Positions 40,693 through 54,483 of a DNA stretch of 64,000 nucleotides are shown piece by piece (positions within the stretch are counted from its first letter, which is position 1; every line of letters starts with the position of its first letter). The stretch is from Candidatus Eiseniibacteriota bacterium (GTDB taxonomy: Bacteria > ARS69). The notes under the pieces were generated by a model. It was not told the DNA's origin. It made no database searches and saw only the letters and a list, made by a program, of their open reading frames with translations. The stretch covers positions 15,961 to 79,960 of the forward strand of contig JBQTGV010000026.1 of NCBI GenBank assembly GCA_052390515.1, read 5' to 3'. Position numbers and translations under genes: made by a program.

Positions 40693-41817
40693 ATGAGACG
40701 CCTCGGAACGCTGTGCCTTCTCGTACTGCTGGGAGCGGCTCCGGCCGCCTTCGCGCAGGCCAGCAACCTCGCGAACTGCAAGTACTACACGAAGGTGACG
40801 CAGGACTTCGAGCAGGGCCTCCCGTACTGTCAGAAGGCGATCGAGGAGAGCCCGGAGGATCCAGAGGCGCGCTTCTACGGCGCCTGGTGCCTCGCGGAGC
40901 GCGGTCAGTTCGCGGACGCCTACAAGTCCTTCGCCTGGCTGATGGAGCGAAAGGACTCCGGGAACAAGGCGATCGAGAAGCACGCGAAGCTCGCCAGCGA
41001 GCGCGTCTCTGCCTACTACGGCCAGGCCTTCAACAAGGGCCTCGAGCTGCTGAACGCCGGCGACACGCAGGGCGCCAGCGAGCAGTTCCTGCACGCTTCG
41101 CAGATCGATCCGCGCCAGCCTGCGGCGCACCTGAACCTCGGCTTCACGCTGACGCAGCTGGACAGCCTCGATGGCGCCCTGCAGTCGTTCCGCACCGCAG
41201 TCCAGCAGGTGCCGGCGGACACGACGGCTCACCAGTTCTACTGGGACGCGCTGAGGAGCAAGCTGGCCGAGCTGCGCAGCGCGGATCCGCCGGACACGGC
41301 GGCGATCGCGGCGCTTTCCGGGGACCTCCGCACTTCGCTCGAGGCGCTGCTGCGGCTCAAGCCGCCCGCGGCGGACGAGCACCTGGCGCTGGCCGACCTC
41401 GATTTCGCCGCGGGCAACCGCGAGGGCGGCCTCGAGCACATGCGCACCGCGATCGAGCTGTCGTCCGAGAGCGTCGTGAACCTCGTGAATCTCGGCCTGC
41501 AGTTCTACGGCAACGATCAGCACGAGGCGGTCGTCGACGCGATGCACCTCGCGCTCCAGTATCTGGACGATCCGGAGGACGAGGACGTCTGGAAGAAGGC
41601 GACCTGGGTCCTCGGGCTGAGCCAGTACGAGTTGGAGAACTGGGCAGACGCGCTGACGCAGTTCGAGAAGCTCCTGGCCCTGGAGCCGGAAAGCCTCGAG
41701 TACCTGCCGCGCGCGGGGATGGCGGCGCGGAAGGCCGGCCAGATGGAGAAGGGCACGGCCTACCTCGTTCGCTGGGAAGAGCTGAAGGAGGCGCAGGTCG
41801 TCGGGGACGCGAAGTAG
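40693..41817 (+). CDS. Secreted tetratricopeptide-repeat protein
   Basis: Signal peptide MRRLGTLCLLVLLGAAPAAFAQA. Multiple TPR-like helical repeats (AWCLAERGQFADAYKSF..., LNLGFTLTQLDSLDGAL...). GGAGGAAGCC SD. Confidence 0.6.
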   Translation: MRRLGTLCLLVLLGAAPAAFAQASNLANCKYYTKVTQDFEQGLPYCQKAIEESPEDPEARFYGAWCLAERGQFADAYKSFAWLMERKDSGNKAIEKHAKLASERVSAYYGQAFNKGLELLNAGDTQGASEQFLHASQIDPRQPAAHLNLGFTLTQLDSLDGALQSFRTAVQQVPADTTAHQFYWDALRSKLAELRSADPPDTAAIAALSGDLRTSLEALLRLKPPAADEHLALADLDFAAGNREGGLEHMRTAIELSSESVVNLVNLGLQFYGNDQHEAVVDAMHLALQYLDDPEDEDVWKKATWVLGLSQYELENWADALTQFEKLLALEPESLEYLPRAGMAARKAGQMEKGTAYLVRWEELKEAQVVGDAK

Positions 41818-41835
41818 CCGGGGAGCACACGCCCC

Positions 41836-42852
41836 GTGCCGCGGATCCTGCGCGATGTCGACGCCGAGCCCGACCTCCTCTCGGGGGTGACGGTCGGCGT
41901 CGTCGGTTTCGGGAACCAGGGCCGGGCGCAGGCCGCCTGTCTCGCCGACGCGGGACACGAGGTTCTCGTCGTGGCTCGAGCCGGCGGTCCCTCGGAGAGG
42001 CGCGCGCGGGCCGAGGGCTTCGCCGTCGGCGGCCCGGCCGACCTGGCGCGGTGCGCGGTGATCGCCGTCCTCGTGCCGGATGCGGCGCAGCCACCGGTGC
42101 TGGACGCGCAGGTCCAGCCGAACGCTCCGCGGCGTGCCTTGCTCGTGTTCGCCCACGGCTTCGCCCTGCGTCACGGCGGCGTCACCCTCCGCAGCGACGT
42201 GGACGTGGCCATCGTCGGGCCGCTCGGTCCGGGAGCGCTGCTGCGGGAGCGCTGGCTCGCAGGCGCTGGTCTCGCCGGGCTCCTCGCGGTGGTGCAGGAT
42301 GCCACCGGCGCCTGTGAGGCTCGCGCGCTGGCCTACGCGTCCGCGCTGCGGATGACGCGCGCCGGGATCCTGCCGACGTCGCTCGACGAGGAGGTCGTGA
42401 GCGATCTCTTCGCCGAGCAGGTGGTGCTCACCGGCGGAGTTCCGGAGCTGGTGCGCGCCGCCTGGGAGACGCTCGTCGAGGGCGGCGTCTCCGAGGAGAT
42501 CGCCTACTACTCGTGCGTGCAGGAGCTGAAGCAGATCTTCGATCTGGTGCATGCCGAGGGCATAGCGGGGATGCGCGAGCGGATCAGCGCCACGGCGCGG
42601 TTCGGCGGGCTGACGCGCGGGCCGAGGATCGTGGGCGAATCCGTGCGGAGCGAGATGCGGCGAATCCTCGGCGAGGTGAAGAGCGGCGCCTTTGCCGAGG
42701 AGTGCCTGCGCGAGCGCGCGACCGGCCGCGTGGGGGAGACCCTGGCCCGGGAGCGGGACAGCCGGTTCGAGGAGGCCGGCCGGCGGGTCCGGGGGGCGCT
42801 CACTGGAGGAAGTGCCGGCCGGGGAGTTGACAGTCCCGGGGGCGAAACCTAG
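41836..42852 (+). CDS. ilvC: Ketol-acid reductoisomerase
   Basis: Rossmann block VGVVGFGNQGRAQAACLADAGHEV. About 338 aa class-I KARI length. C-terminal knotted helical domain with conserved acidic residues. GTG start. Confidence 0.75.
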   Translation: MPRILRDVDAEPDLLSGVTVGVVGFGNQGRAQAACLADAGHEVLVVARAGGPSERRARAEGFAVGGPADLARCAVIAVLVPDAAQPPVLDAQVQPNAPRRALLVFAHGFALRHGGVTLRSDVDVAIVGPLGPGALLRERWLAGAGLAGLLAVVQDATGACEARALAYASALRMTRAGILPTSLDEEVVSDLFAEQVVLTGGVPELVRAAWETLVEGGVSEEIAYYSCVQELKQIFDLVHAEGIAGMRERISATARFGGLTRGPRIVGESVRSEMRRILGEVKSGAFAEECLRERATGRVGETLARERDSRFEEAGRRVRGALTGGSAGRGVDSPGGET

Positions 42853-43131
42853 TATCGGGTCGTGGTCCTGCAGGCCCGCAGGATCGACGAACCGCTCGCC
42901 GGAGTCCGCAAAGGCAAGCCGGTCTCCCCACGGAAAACTCGTCGAGCTTCGATCCGAACGGTATCCGTCGAGTCCGCGAGTCGTACGCCGTCCCCTGACC
43001 CCATCGCCGCGGACGCGGCCCCGAAACCTGCCATGAGCCATTCCCCGAAAGAGACGACGGACATGCCTCGAGTCAAGACGGCGCCGCCCGAGATGGAGAA
43101 GGAAGCAGGCGCGTCTCCCGACCAGCCCAAG

Positions 43132-44385
43132 ATGAACCTGGCGGACATGAAGACGAAGACCATGTCCGAGCTCGTGGGCGTGGCCAACGAACTGGAGATC
43201 GCCGGGACCTCCGGTCTGCGCAAGCAAGAGCTCATTTTCAAGATCCTGGAGGCACAGACCGAGAAGAGCGGCCTCATCTTCGCGGAGGGTGTGCTGGAGA
43301 TCCTCCCCGAGGGTTACGGATTCCTGCGCTCGCCGGACTACAGCTACCTGCCGGGGCCGGACGACATCTACGTCTCGCCGTCGCAGATCAAGCGCTTCGA
43401 CCTCCTCACCGGGGACACCATCTCGGGCCAGGTGCGCGCGCCCAAGGAGAGCGAGCGATACTTCGCGCTCCTCAAGGTGGAGGCGATCAACTTCGAGAAC
43501 CCGGAGGCGGCCCGCACCCGGACGCTCTTCGACAACCTGACGCCGCTCTTCCCCGAGGAGCGGATCCGGCTGGAGCACGATCCCAACGACATCTCCACGC
43601 GGATCATGGATCTGCTCGCGCCGATCGGGAAGGGGCAGCGAGGACTCATCGTGGCGCCGCCACGGACTGGCAAGACGGTGCTCCTGCAGCAGATCGCCAA
43701 CGCCATCACCGCGAACCACCCCGAGATCGTGCTGATCATCCTGCTGATCGACGAGCGGCCGGAAGAAGTCACCCACATGCAGCGCAACGTCGACGGCGAA
43801 GTGGTCAGCTCCACGTTCGACGAGCCGGCCACGCGCCACGTGCAGGTCGCGGACATGGTGATCGAGAAGGCCAGGCGCCTCGTCGAGTACAAGAAGGACG
43901 TGGTGATCCTGCTGGACTCCATCACCCGACTGGCGCGCGCCCACAACACGGTGGTGCCGCACTCCGGCAAGATCCTCTCCGGCGGCGTGGACGCGAACGC
44001 GCTGCAGCGCCCGAAGCGCTTCTTCGGCGCGGCCCGCAACATCGAGAACGGCGGCAGCCTGACCATCATCGGCACCGCGCTGATCGAGACCGGGTCGCGC
44101 ATGGACGAGGTGATCTTCGAGGAGTTCAAGGGCACGGGGAACATGGAGCTGGTGCTGGAGCGCAAGCTCGCCGACCGGCGCATCTTCCCGGCCATCGACC
44201 TGAACCGGTCGGGCACGCGCAAAGAAGAGCTGCTGCTCGACGAGAAGACCATCAACCGCACCTGGATCCTGCGCAAATACCTCAACGACCTGAACGTGGT
44301 CGAGGCGATGGAGTTCCTGGTGGAGCGGTTCTCGCAGTACAAGAGCAACAAGAAGTTCCTGGACAGCATGGCCAGCGGCGACTGA
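43132..44385 (+). CDS. rho: Transcription termination factor Rho
   Basis: [23 protein letters not shown]...[13 protein letters not shown] (N-terminal domain). RNA-binding OB fold. Walker [11 protein letters not shown] loops. C-terminus matches Rho throughout. In-frame Mets at 43033 and 43063 could give an N-terminal extension, so start is uncertain. Confidence 0.9.
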   Translation: MNLADMKTKTMSELVGVANELEIAGTSGLRKQELIFKILEAQTEKSGLIFAEGVLEILPEGYGFLRSPDYSYLPGPDDIYVSPSQIKRFDLLTGDTISGQVRAPKESERYFALLKVEAINFENPEAARTRTLFDNLTPLFPEERIRLEHDPNDISTRIMDLLAPIGKGQRGLIVAPPRTGKTVLLQQIANAITANHPEIVLIILLIDERPEEVTHMQRNVDGEVVSSTFDEPATRHVQVADMVIEKARRLVEYKKDVVILLDSITRLARAHNTVVPHSGKILSGGVDANALQRPKRFFGAARNIENGGSLTIIGTALIETGSRMDEVIFEEFKGTGNMELVLERKLADRRIFPAIDLNRSGTRKEELLLDEKTINRTWILRKYLNDLNVVEAMEFLVERFSQYKSNKKFLDSMASGD

Positions 44386-44445
44386 TCGAGGGCCGGTCCG
44401 GCCGGACGCTCCGATCGAGGGCGTCCCAACCCGAGGAGAAGAGTC

Positions 44446-44700
44446 GTGAAGAGCGGAATCCACCCGACCTACGAGAAGACCACGGTGAAGTGCGTCTGCG
44501 GCAATTCCTGGGAGACGCGCAGCACCGCGGGCGGCACGATCAACGTCGACATCTGCTCGGCGTGCCATCCGTTCTACACCGGCAAGCAGAAGCTGGTGGA
44601 CACCGCCGGCCGCGTGGAGCGCTTCCGCAAGCGCTACGAGAAGACCGACGCGAAGCGGAAGGCGTCCGGAACCGAGAAGGCCGGCTCCGGCGGAGCGTAA
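44446..44700 (+). CDS. rpmE: 50S ribosomal protein L31
   Basis: [27 protein letters not shown]...[12 protein letters not shown], with Zn-ribbon CxxC...CxxC. GTG start after AGGAGAAG. Confidence 0.9.
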   Translation: MKSGIHPTYEKTTVKCVCGNSWETRSTAGGTINVDICSACHPFYTGKQKLVDTAGRVERFRKRYEKTDAKRKASGTEKAGSGGA

Positions 44701-44718
44701 GCCGAGCCCGAATTTCCC

Positions 44719-45618
44719 ATGGCGAAAGGTCCTCAAGCGCTCGTCGGCGGCCAGGCGGTCATCGAGGGCGTGATGATGCGCGCGCCCGGCGGCGTGGCCA
44801 CCGCGGTGCGCCGTGCGGACGGCGGCATCAGCGTCCGCTACCGGCCGCACCGGCCCTGGGTGAAGCGCTTCGCTCCGCTCGGGCTGCCCATCGTGCGCGG
44901 CGCCGTGACGCTGATCGAGTCGCTGGTGCTGGGCACCAGCTCGCTCGGCTTCAGCGCGGAAGAAGCCTCGCGCGAGGCCGGTGCGGAGCGGCGCGAGACA
45001 CCGCTGTGGGAGAAGATCGGCCTCGGCGCGACGATGGTGTTCTCCTTCGCCGCGGGGCTCCTGCTCTTCTTCTACGTACCGCTCCTGCTCACCGACCTCA
45101 CCGGCGTGAAGAACAGCCTGGCGTACAACCTGGTCGACGGCGTGTTCCGGCTCGCCGTCTTCCTGTTGTACCTCTGGCTGATCACGCGCTGGGGCGAGAT
45201 GCGCCGCGTGTTCCAGTATCACGGAGCCGAGCACATGACGATCTTCAACTACGAAGCGGAGATCCCCATCTCGGTGGAGAACGCGCGCCCGCAGCCGCGG
45301 CTGCATCCGCGGTGCGGCACGAGCTTCCTCTTCTTCGTCATGATCGTGTCCATCTTCGTCTTCGCTCTGCTGGGCCGGCCGGAGACCGTCGGCGAGCGCC
45401 TCATCCGCATCGCGTTCGTGCCGCTGATCGCGGGGATCTCGTACGAGGTGATCCGCGCGTCGGCCCGTCACCTGGAGACGCCGATCGGTCGAGCGCTGGC
45501 CGCTCCGGGGATGGGTCTGCAGCTACTGACCACCGCGGTGCCCGACGACCGGCAGCTGGAAGTGGCCGTGGTGGCGCTGGAGACCGCGCTCACCGGGCGG
45601 GTCCCGGAGCAGGCATGA
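44719..45618 (+). CDS. DUF1385-family membrane protein (commonly upstream of prfA/prmC)
   Basis: [13 protein letters not shown]-terminus and multiple TM helices. Conserved gene context rpmE-DUF1385-prfA-prmC. Confidence 0.65.
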   Translation: MAKGPQALVGGQAVIEGVMMRAPGGVATAVRRADGGISVRYRPHRPWVKRFAPLGLPIVRGAVTLIESLVLGTSSLGFSAEEASREAGAERRETPLWEKIGLGATMVFSFAAGLLLFFYVPLLLTDLTGVKNSLAYNLVDGVFRLAVFLLYLWLITRWGEMRRVFQYHGAEHMTIFNYEAEIPISVENARPQPRLHPRCGTSFLFFVMIVSIFVFALLGRPETVGERLIRIAFVPLIAGISYEVIRASARHLETPIGRALAAPGMGLQLLTTAVPDDRQLEVAVVALETALTGRVPEQA

Positions 45619-46685
45619 ACGAGCGGGCACGCCGTGCGCTCGCGCGGTTCCGTGAGATCGAGGAGCTGCTTTCGACGCCGGAGGTCGCGTCCAACATCGC
45701 CAAGCTCCGCGATCTCGGACGGGAGCGCGCCGAGCTCGAGGAGCTGGCAAAGACGGCGGCCGAATCCCAGCGGATCGAGCAGGCGCTGTCCGAGGCCCGC
45801 GAGGTCGTGGCCGGCGATGACGCGGAGCTCCGCCAGCTGGCCGAGGCGGAGCTCGAGGAGCTTTCTCCGAAGCTCGAGCAGCTCGAGCAGCGGCTGCGCG
45901 TGCTCTCCGTCCCGAAGGATCCGGACGATTCGCGCAACGCCATCGTGGAGGTCCGCGCCGGCACCGGCGGCAACGAGGCCGCGCTCTTCGCCGCCGAGAT
46001 CGTCCGCATGTACCTTCGCTACGCCGACCGCAAGGGATGGAAGACCGAGACGCTGGAGACGAGCGAGACGGAGATCGGCGGCGTGAAGGAGGCGATCTTC
46101 TCCCTGCAGGGCGAAGGCGCGTTCGGCATCATGCGCTGGGAGAGCGGCGTGCACCGCGTGCAGCGCGTCCCGGTCACCGAGGCCGGCGGGCGGATCCACA
46201 CTTCAGCCGTGTCCGTCGCGGTGCTTCCGGAGGCGGAAGAAATCGAGGTGGTGATCGACCCGGCGGAGCTGCGCATCGACGTGTACCGCTCGCAGGGGCC
46301 GGGCGGCCAGAGCGTGAACACGACGGACTCGGCCGTGCGCATCACCCACATCCCGACGGGCCTTGTGGTGACCTGCCAGGATGAGAAGAGCCAGCACAAG
46401 AACAAGGCGAAGGCGCTGCGCGTGCTGCGCTCGCGGCTGCTGGAGCAGCAGCGGGAGACTGCGGCGGCGGAGCGCGCCGAGGCTCGGCGCAGCCAGATCG
46501 GGACCGGCGACCGCTCGGAGAAGATCCGTACCTACAACTTCCCGCAGAACCGCGTCACCGATCACCGCATCGGCTTCACCATCCACGACCTCACCGGCGT
46601 CCTGGAGGGCGAGCTGGACCCGCTGGTGGACGCGGTGCGCGAGCGCGTCGTCGAGCAGCTGCTGACCGCGGGGGACGCGTCTTGA
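45615..46685 (+). CDS. prfA: Peptide chain release factor 1
   Basis: [20 protein letters not shown] (GGQ motif). PxT-type recognition region. 356 aa. ATG overlaps the upstream stop. Confidence 0.9.
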   Translation: MNERARRALARFREIEELLSTPEVASNIAKLRDLGRERAELEELAKTAAESQRIEQALSEAREVVAGDDAELRQLAEAELEELSPKLEQLEQRLRVLSVPKDPDDSRNAIVEVRAGTGGNEAALFAAEIVRMYLRYADRKGWKTETLETSETEIGGVKEAIFSLQGEGAFGIMRWESGVHRVQRVPVTEAGGRIHTSAVSVAVLPEAEEIEVVIDPAELRIDVYRSQGPGGQSVNTTDSAVRITHIPTGLVVTCQDEKSQHKNKAKALRVLRSRLLEQQRETAAAERAEARRSQIGTGDRSEKIRTYNFPQNRVTDHRIGFTIHDLTGVLEGELDPLVDAVRERVVEQLLTAGDAS

Positions 46686-47596
46686 TCGGCGCGGCGACGA
46701 CTCTCGGCGAGCTCGTGGAGGCCGGCGCCGGGGAGCTGCGCCGGGCCGCGGGCGACGACGCGCGGGCGAACGCCCGGCGAGACGCTTCGCTCCTGCTCGG
46801 TTCGGTCCTCGGTCTGGACAGGGCTGCCGTGCTCTCCCGCTCCGAGCGCGCCGTCACGCCTGCCGAGGCCGATCGCTACCGGGAGCTCGTGCGCCGGCGC
46901 GCGGCCGGGACGCCCTTGCAGTTGCTCCTCGGTGAGTCCGTTTTCCACGACGTGACGATCGCGGTCGAGCACGGCGTGTTCATCCCGCGGCCGGAGACGG
47001 AGCTGCTCGTGGACGAGGCGATCGCTGCCGTCGAGAGGCTCCTGGATTCCCGCGGCGGTGAGGTCCGGGCCGTCGATCTGTGCACCGGGGCCGGCGCCGT
47101 GGCGGTGGCCGTGGCGTGGAAGTTCCGGGACGTGCCGCGCGTCCGCGTGCATGCCGGGGACACGAGCGCGGCGGCCGTGGAGCTGGCGAGGCGGAACGCC
47201 GTGGCCGCGGGCGTGGCGGTCGACGTTCGCCGTTCGGATCTCCTCGCCGCGTTCAAGGATCTCGAAGGCGCGGCCGACGTCCTGACAGCGAATCCTCCGT
47301 ACATTGCACCGGAGGAGATGGCCGCGCTCCCGGTGGAGGTGCGGCTCGGGGATCCGGCGGATGCGCTTCTCGATCCGGAGGGCGGCACCGGATTCCATCG
47401 GCGCATCGCGGAGCAGGGGCAGACCTTCCTGCGGCCCGGAGGACTCTTGGCGCTCGAGATCGGGTGGCGGCAGGGGGCGGAAGCGGCCGGCATCTTGACG
47501 GCCGCCGGCTACGAGGACGTCGCCGTGCTCCCCGATCTCGCGGGGCGCGACCGCATCGTGCGCGGAAGGAGACCGTCATCGACGCCATCCTGGTGA
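46682..47596 (+). CDS. prmC: Release factor glutamine N5-methyltransferase
   Basis: NPPY motif (TANPPYI) and SAM-binding [14 protein letters not shown] start overlapping the prfA stop. Confidence 0.8.
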   Translation: MIGAATTLGELVEAGAGELRRAAGDDARANARRDASLLLGSVLGLDRAAVLSRSERAVTPAEADRYRELVRRRAAGTPLQLLLGESVFHDVTIAVEHGVFIPRPETELLVDEAIAAVERLLDSRGGEVRAVDLCTGAGAVAVAVAWKFRDVPRVRVHAGDTSAAAVELARRNAVAAGVAVDVRRSDLLAAFKDLEGAADVLTANPPYIAPEEMAALPVEVRLGDPADALLDPEGGTGFHRRIAEQGQTFLRPGGLLALEIGWRQGAEAAGILTAAGYEDVAVLPDLAGRDRIVRGRRPSSTPSW

Positions 47597-48849
47597 GGGG
47601 CGGCGGGCCGCTCTCGGGCGAAGTCCCGATCAGCGGGTCCAAGAACGCCGCGCTCCCGATCCTGACGGCCGCCATCCACTTCGACGCGCCGCTCGTCGTC
47701 GACAACGTTCCCGACCTTCGCGACATGTCCACGCTGCTCCGGCTGCTCGAGGTGCTCGGCGTGCAGTCGAAGCGGGACGGCCACACCGTCACGCTCGACG
47801 CCTCGAAGCTCGAGTCGGTGGAGGCCCCGTACGATCTCGTGCGGCGCATGCGCGCCTCGATCTACGTGCTGGGTCCCTTGCTCGCGCGGACCGGGGAAGC
47901 ACGCGTCTCGCTCCCCGGTGGCTGCGCGTGGGGCCCGCGGCCCGTCGACCTGCACGTCTTCGCCATGGAGAAGCTCGGCGCGAAGGTGGACGTCGAGCAC
48001 GGGTACCTGGTGGCGCGCGCGCCGGCCGGCGGTCTGCGAGGCGCGCCGATCCAGTTCGCCATCTCCTCCGTGGGCGCCACGGTGAACGCGCTCTTCGCCT
48101 CGGTCACGGCGAAGGGGACGACCGTGATCGAGAACGCGGCCGGCGAGCCCGAAGTCGTCGCGCTGGCGGACTTCTTCGGGGAGTGCGGCGCCGACATCTC
48201 CGGCCAGGGAACGAAGACGATCCGCGTGACCGGCGTCGAGCGTCTTCGCCCCGCGCGCGCCCGCATCATCCCGGACCGAATCGAGGCGGGTACGTTCCTG
48301 GCGGCGGCGGCCATCACCGGCGGCGACCTTCGCCTCACCGGCTGCCGGCCGGATCATCTGGACGCGGTGATCGAGGCGATCCGCCAGACCGGTTCGCGGG
48401 TCGACGTGGTGGATGCCGAGACCCTGACGTGCCGTGGCGAGGTTCCGCCGCGCGGAGTCCACCTCGTCACGGCGCCTTACCCGGGTTTCCCGACGGACAT
48501 GCAGGCTCAGATGATGGCGCTCGCCTCGATCGGCATCGGTGTGAGCGTCGTCACCGACACGATCTACCACGACCGCTTCACGCACGTGGCCGAGCTGTGC
48601 AGGCTCGGCGCGGACATCCGCCTCGACGGGAACACCGCCGTGATCCACCCCGCGGGCGGACTCTCCGGCGCGAACGTCATGGCCACGGACCTGCGTGCGT
48701 CTGCCGCACTGATCATCGCCGGGCTCGTGGCCGAGGGCGAAACCAAGGTCAGCCGCGTGTACCACATCGATCGCGGGTACGAGGCGATCGAGCAGAAGCT
48801 CCAGGCCGTCGGAGCCGACATCGAGAGGATCCAGGAAGAGGGGCCGTAG
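47593..48849 (+). CDS. murA: UDP-N-acetylglucosamine 1-carboxyvinyltransferase
   Basis: Full-length alignment to MurA in memory (GGPLSGEVPISGSKNAALPIL..., active-site Cys in LPGGCAWGPRPVD, C-terminal YHIDRGYE). No in-frame ATG near the N-terminus. GTG at 47593 overlapping the prmC stop is assumed. Confidence 0.8.
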   Translation: MRGGGPLSGEVPISGSKNAALPILTAAIHFDAPLVVDNVPDLRDMSTLLRLLEVLGVQSKRDGHTVTLDASKLESVEAPYDLVRRMRASIYVLGPLLARTGEARVSLPGGCAWGPRPVDLHVFAMEKLGAKVDVEHGYLVARAPAGGLRGAPIQFAISSVGATVNALFASVTAKGTTVIENAAGEPEVVALADFFGECGADISGQGTKTIRVTGVERLRPARARIIPDRIEAGTFLAAAAITGGDLRLTGCRPDHLDAVIEAIRQTGSRVDVVDAETLTCRGEVPPRGVHLVTAPYPGFPTDMQAQMMALASIGIGVSVVTDTIYHDRFTHVAELCRLGADIRLDGNTAVIHPAGGLSGANVMATDLRASAALIIAGLVAEGETKVSRVYHIDRGYEAIEQKLQAVGADIERIQEEGP

Positions 48850-48923
48850 CGCCGGCGAGCCGGACCGATCCGGACTTCGCCGGCTGATCCGACAAGGAGC
48901 GATGGCCGCGCCCGCAGCGCCGC

Positions 48924-50150
48924 TCAGCGGTCCTTGAGCTTGTCGGCGAACTTCTCGCGCACCTTCTCCACCTTGGGGAGCGCCACCGCCCGCACGTAGC
49001 CCTGGTTGGGATTCTCGCAGACGTGGTTCTGGTGGTAGTTCTCCGCCGGGAAGAACTTCTCCAGCGGCTCGAGCGTCGTCACCACGCGGACGCCGGCCGC
49101 CTTCAACCCATCGATGGCGACTTGCGCGGTCGTCCGCTCCTGCTCGTTCGCCCAGAAGACGGCGGAGCGGTACTGATCGCCGACGTCGGCGCCCTGGCGG
49201 TTGAGCGTCGTGGGATCGTGCGTGGCGAAGTGCACCTCGAGCAACTCCTCGTAGGAGATCTTGCTCGGGTCGTACACGATCTGCACCGCCTCGGCGTGCT
49301 TCGTGCCGCCGCGGCAGACCGCCTCGTAGTTCGCGGTCTCGGCGGCCCCACCGGCGTAGCCCGAGACCGCGTCCTTCACCCCGTCCAGCTCCTCGAAGAC
49401 CGCCTCGACGCACCAGAAGCAGCCGCCGGCGAACACGGCAGTCGCCGTGGCTGCCTCGGCGCCATCCGTCGTGTGGGCGGCCGAACTCGCGCCGACCGTC
49501 GCACCGGTGGCGGAGCCGGACTTCGCGCCGGCAGACTTCGCCGATCCGGCCGCCGGATCGGCGAGCTTCGCGAAATCCGCCCGATCGGTGAACGTCAGCG
49601 ATTCCGAGTTGAGGCAGTAGCGCAGGCCGGTCGGGCGCGGGCCGTCCTCGAAGACGTGGCCGAGGTGGGCGTCGCAACGCGCGCACTCGATCTCCACGCG
49701 GACCATCCCGAAGCTCCGATCGGTCTTCTCGACGATGTTCTCGGGCGCCACCGGCGCGAAGAAGCTCGGCCAGCCGGTGCCGGAGTCGAACTTCGTGCCG
49801 CTGGCGAAGAGGGGAAGCCCGCAGCACACGCAGGTGTAGACGCCGTCGCGCTTGTTGTCGAGGAGCGTCCCGCAGAACGCGCGCTCCGTGCCCTCTTGGC
49901 GCGTGATGCGGTACTGCTCGTCGGTGAGCTGGCGGCGCCACTCCTCGTCGCTCTTGACGACCCGCGGCGACTGCACGGGACCGACGAGTTGGCCGCCGGT
50001 GTCGAAGACCCGGACCGAAACCATGGAAACCTCCTGCGCCGGCGCCTGCGCGGCGGCGGAGGCGGGGATCGCCCGCTCCGCGTCGCCGCACGCCGGCAGG
50101 GACATCGTGAGGAATAGGATGCTTCGGAACCGCAAGCTTGAATGGGACAC
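48924..50150 (-). CDS. msrAB: Secreted bifunctional peptide methionine sulfoxide reductase MsrB-MsrA
   Basis: MsrB: CxxC...CxxC Zn site and catalytic GWPSF. MsrA: GCFWC active site. N-terminal signal with LPAC motif. GTG start at 50150 (alternative ATG at 50105). Confidence 0.8.
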   Translation of the reverse strand: MSHSSLRFRSILFLTMSLPACGDAERAIPASAAAQAPAQEVSMVSVRVFDTGGQLVGPVQSPRVVKSDEEWRRQLTDEQYRITRQEGTERAFCGTLLDNKRDGVYTCVCCGLPLFASGTKFDSGTGWPSFFAPVAPENIVEKTDRSFGMVRVEIECARCDAHLGHVFEDGPRPTGLRYCLNSESLTFTDRADFAKLADPAAGSAKSAGAKSGSATGATVGASSAAHTTDGAEAATATAVFAGGCFWCVEAVFEELDGVKDAVSGYAGGAAETANYEAVCRGGTKHAEAVQIVYDPSKISYEELLEVHFATHDPTTLNRQGADVGDQYRSAVFWANEQERTTAQVAIDGLKAAGVRVVTTLEPLEKFFPAENYHQNHVCENPNQGYVRAVALPKVEKVREKFADKLKDR

Positions 50151-50557
50151 GATACCGGCCTTTCGGATGCTGCGCCGGGCCGCGCGGATTCGGCCGCAAG
50201 CGGGTTTCGGTCTGGTTCCGGCCTGACGAGGCGGGCTTCGACTGCGACCTCGCCGCGCGCGGTGCGCGGCCTGCCCTGGAGCGAGTATCTGCGGGGAGGC
50301 GTCGATGTGACGAGGGCCGACGCGGGACGAACGCGGCCTGACACGTTGGCCGGTTCGCCGACGACACTGCGCGAGCGATCTGCCGTTGCGGCAGATTCCA
50401 GCCGACCTCCGCACCGCGGCGGCCTCGCCGATCGCCCGAACGAAAGGCACCACAAGGACTTGCCGAGGTGCCTCCCCGCCGGCACGGCACATGCTCCTCA
50501 GGGCCGGCAGGTTCCACCCCACCCGCCCCGAACGGGGCGGTTGCAAAGGAGAGAGCG

Positions 50558-51001
50558 ATGCTAGTCACCCGCAACAGCCTGGTCCCCGTCCTCGGAACGA
50601 ATCGCTCCCTGGACCGGGTCTTCGAAGACCTGCTCGGCGAGTTCCCCTTCGCGGGGACGTTCGTGACGGAGTCGGGCCGCTATCCGGCGGTCAACACCTG
50701 GGAGGACGAGAAGAGCTTCTTCGTGGAGGCCGAGATTCCGGGCCTTGAGCGTGAGGAGATCGAGATCTCCGTTCTGGGCAACGAGCTCCGGATTTCCGGC
50801 GGCACGGAGAAAGAGGAAGAGGAGAAGAGCGCGAAGTACCATCGGCGCGAGCGGTTCGTCGGCAAGTTCTCGCGCGTGCTGCGCTTCCCCTGCGAGATCG
50901 ACAACGGCAAGGTGGAGGCCAAGTACGAGGCCGGAATCCTGACGATCACGCTGCCGAAGGTGGCTGCGGCCCTTCCGCGGAAGATCGAGGTGAGGAGCTG
51001 A
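50558..51001 (+). CDS. Hsp20/alpha-crystallin family small heat-shock protein
   Basis: Alpha-crystallin domain signature (FVVEAEIPG...ISV.GNEL.ISG...[14 protein letters not shown]...GILTITLPK). AAAGGAGAG SD. Confidence 0.85.
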   Translation: MLVTRNSLVPVLGTNRSLDRVFEDLLGEFPFAGTFVTESGRYPAVNTWEDEKSFFVEAEIPGLEREEIEISVLGNELRISGGTEKEEEEKSAKYHRRERFVGKFSRVLRFPCEIDNGKVEAKYEAGILTITLPKVAAALPRKIEVRS

Positions 51002-51105
51002 CCGGCGGACGCCGGCCGGCTGTAGAATGACGGCGCGGGGCGCCCCGGAGGAACCGGGGTCCCCGCGCGCGGGTTTCCCGAACGCACTCGAACGGAGGCA
51101 CGACG

Positions 51106-51807
51106 ATGTTTCTCGGTTTCGACCCCATGTACTGGGTGTTCCTCGGGCCGACGATGCTGCTCGCGCTCTGGGCCCAGATGAGGGTCAAGGGCGCGTACGG
51201 GAAGTGGAGCCAGGTGGAGGCGTCGTCCCGGATGAGCGGCGCGGAGGCCGCGCAGCGGATGCTCCGCAGCGCCGGAGTCGGCGACGTGAAGATCGAAGCG
51301 GTGCAGGGGTTCATGTCGGACCACTACGATCCGCGGAGCAAGACGCTGCGGCTTTCGCCCGGCGTGTACCAGAGCAGCTCGGTCGCGGCGATGGGCATCG
51401 CCTGCCACGAGGCCGGGCACGCGCTGCAGCACGCGCAGGCCTACGGACCGCTGACCTTCCGCACGGCGATGGTGCCGGTGGCGAGCATCGGCTCGATGCT
51501 GGCGTGGCCGATGATCATCGGCGGCGCGCTGCTCAACATGGCGAACCTGACGCTGCTCGGCGTCGTCGCCTTCTCCGCCATGGTGGTGTTCCAGGTGGTG
51601 ACGCTGCCGGTCGAGTTCGACGCGTCCAACCGCGCGAAGCGGCAGCTGCAGCAGCTCGGCATCATCCAGTCGCAGAAGGAAGCGGGCGGTGTGGCCGCCG
51701 TGCTGGATGCGGCCGCCATGACCTACGTCGCCGCGACGATCACCGCGGTCATGCAGCTCCTGTACTTCGCCATGAGGGCGGGGCTGCTCGGCGGGCGTCG
51801 GGACTAG
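51106..51807 (+). CDS. Membrane zinc metallopeptidase (PF04298-like), HExxH
   Basis: HEAGHALQH zinc-binding motif. Four or more TM helices. About 230 aa. Confidence 0.6.
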   Translation: MFLGFDPMYWVFLGPTMLLALWAQMRVKGAYGKWSQVEASSRMSGAEAAQRMLRSAGVGDVKIEAVQGFMSDHYDPRSKTLRLSPGVYQSSSVAAMGIACHEAGHALQHAQAYGPLTFRTAMVPVASIGSMLAWPMIIGGALLNMANLTLLGVVAFSAMVVFQVVTLPVEFDASNRAKRQLQQLGIIQSQKEAGGVAAVLDAAAMTYVAATITAVMQLLYFAMRAGLLGGRRD

Positions 51808-51837
51808 CAGCCGCAACACGTGGAAGAGGTGATCCGA

Positions 51838-54473
<2,636 letters not shown>

Positions 54474-54483
54474 CCCGCCTGCC

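Noticed and set aside
40615-45471. 1618-aa minus-strand ORF spanning the TPR protein through the DUF1385 gene
   Set aside because: Antisense to six well-supported plus-strand genes (ilvC, rho, rpmE and others). No recognisable domains.
50200-50557. Possible tRNA or small RNA in the 400-bp gap upstream of hsp20
   Set aside because: No acceptor-stem/T-loop (GTTCRANYC) arrangement could be assembled by eye. I treated it as a structured 5' leader instead. It needs tRNAscan or Infernal to settle.
47509-50574. 1021-aa minus-strand ORF and 48924-50546 N-terminal extension of msrBA
   Set aside because: The large ORF is antisense to murA. For msrBA, only the region from the GTG/ATG near 50150/50105 onward has a signal peptide and Msr motifs. 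The upstream 130 aa is Arg-rich noise.
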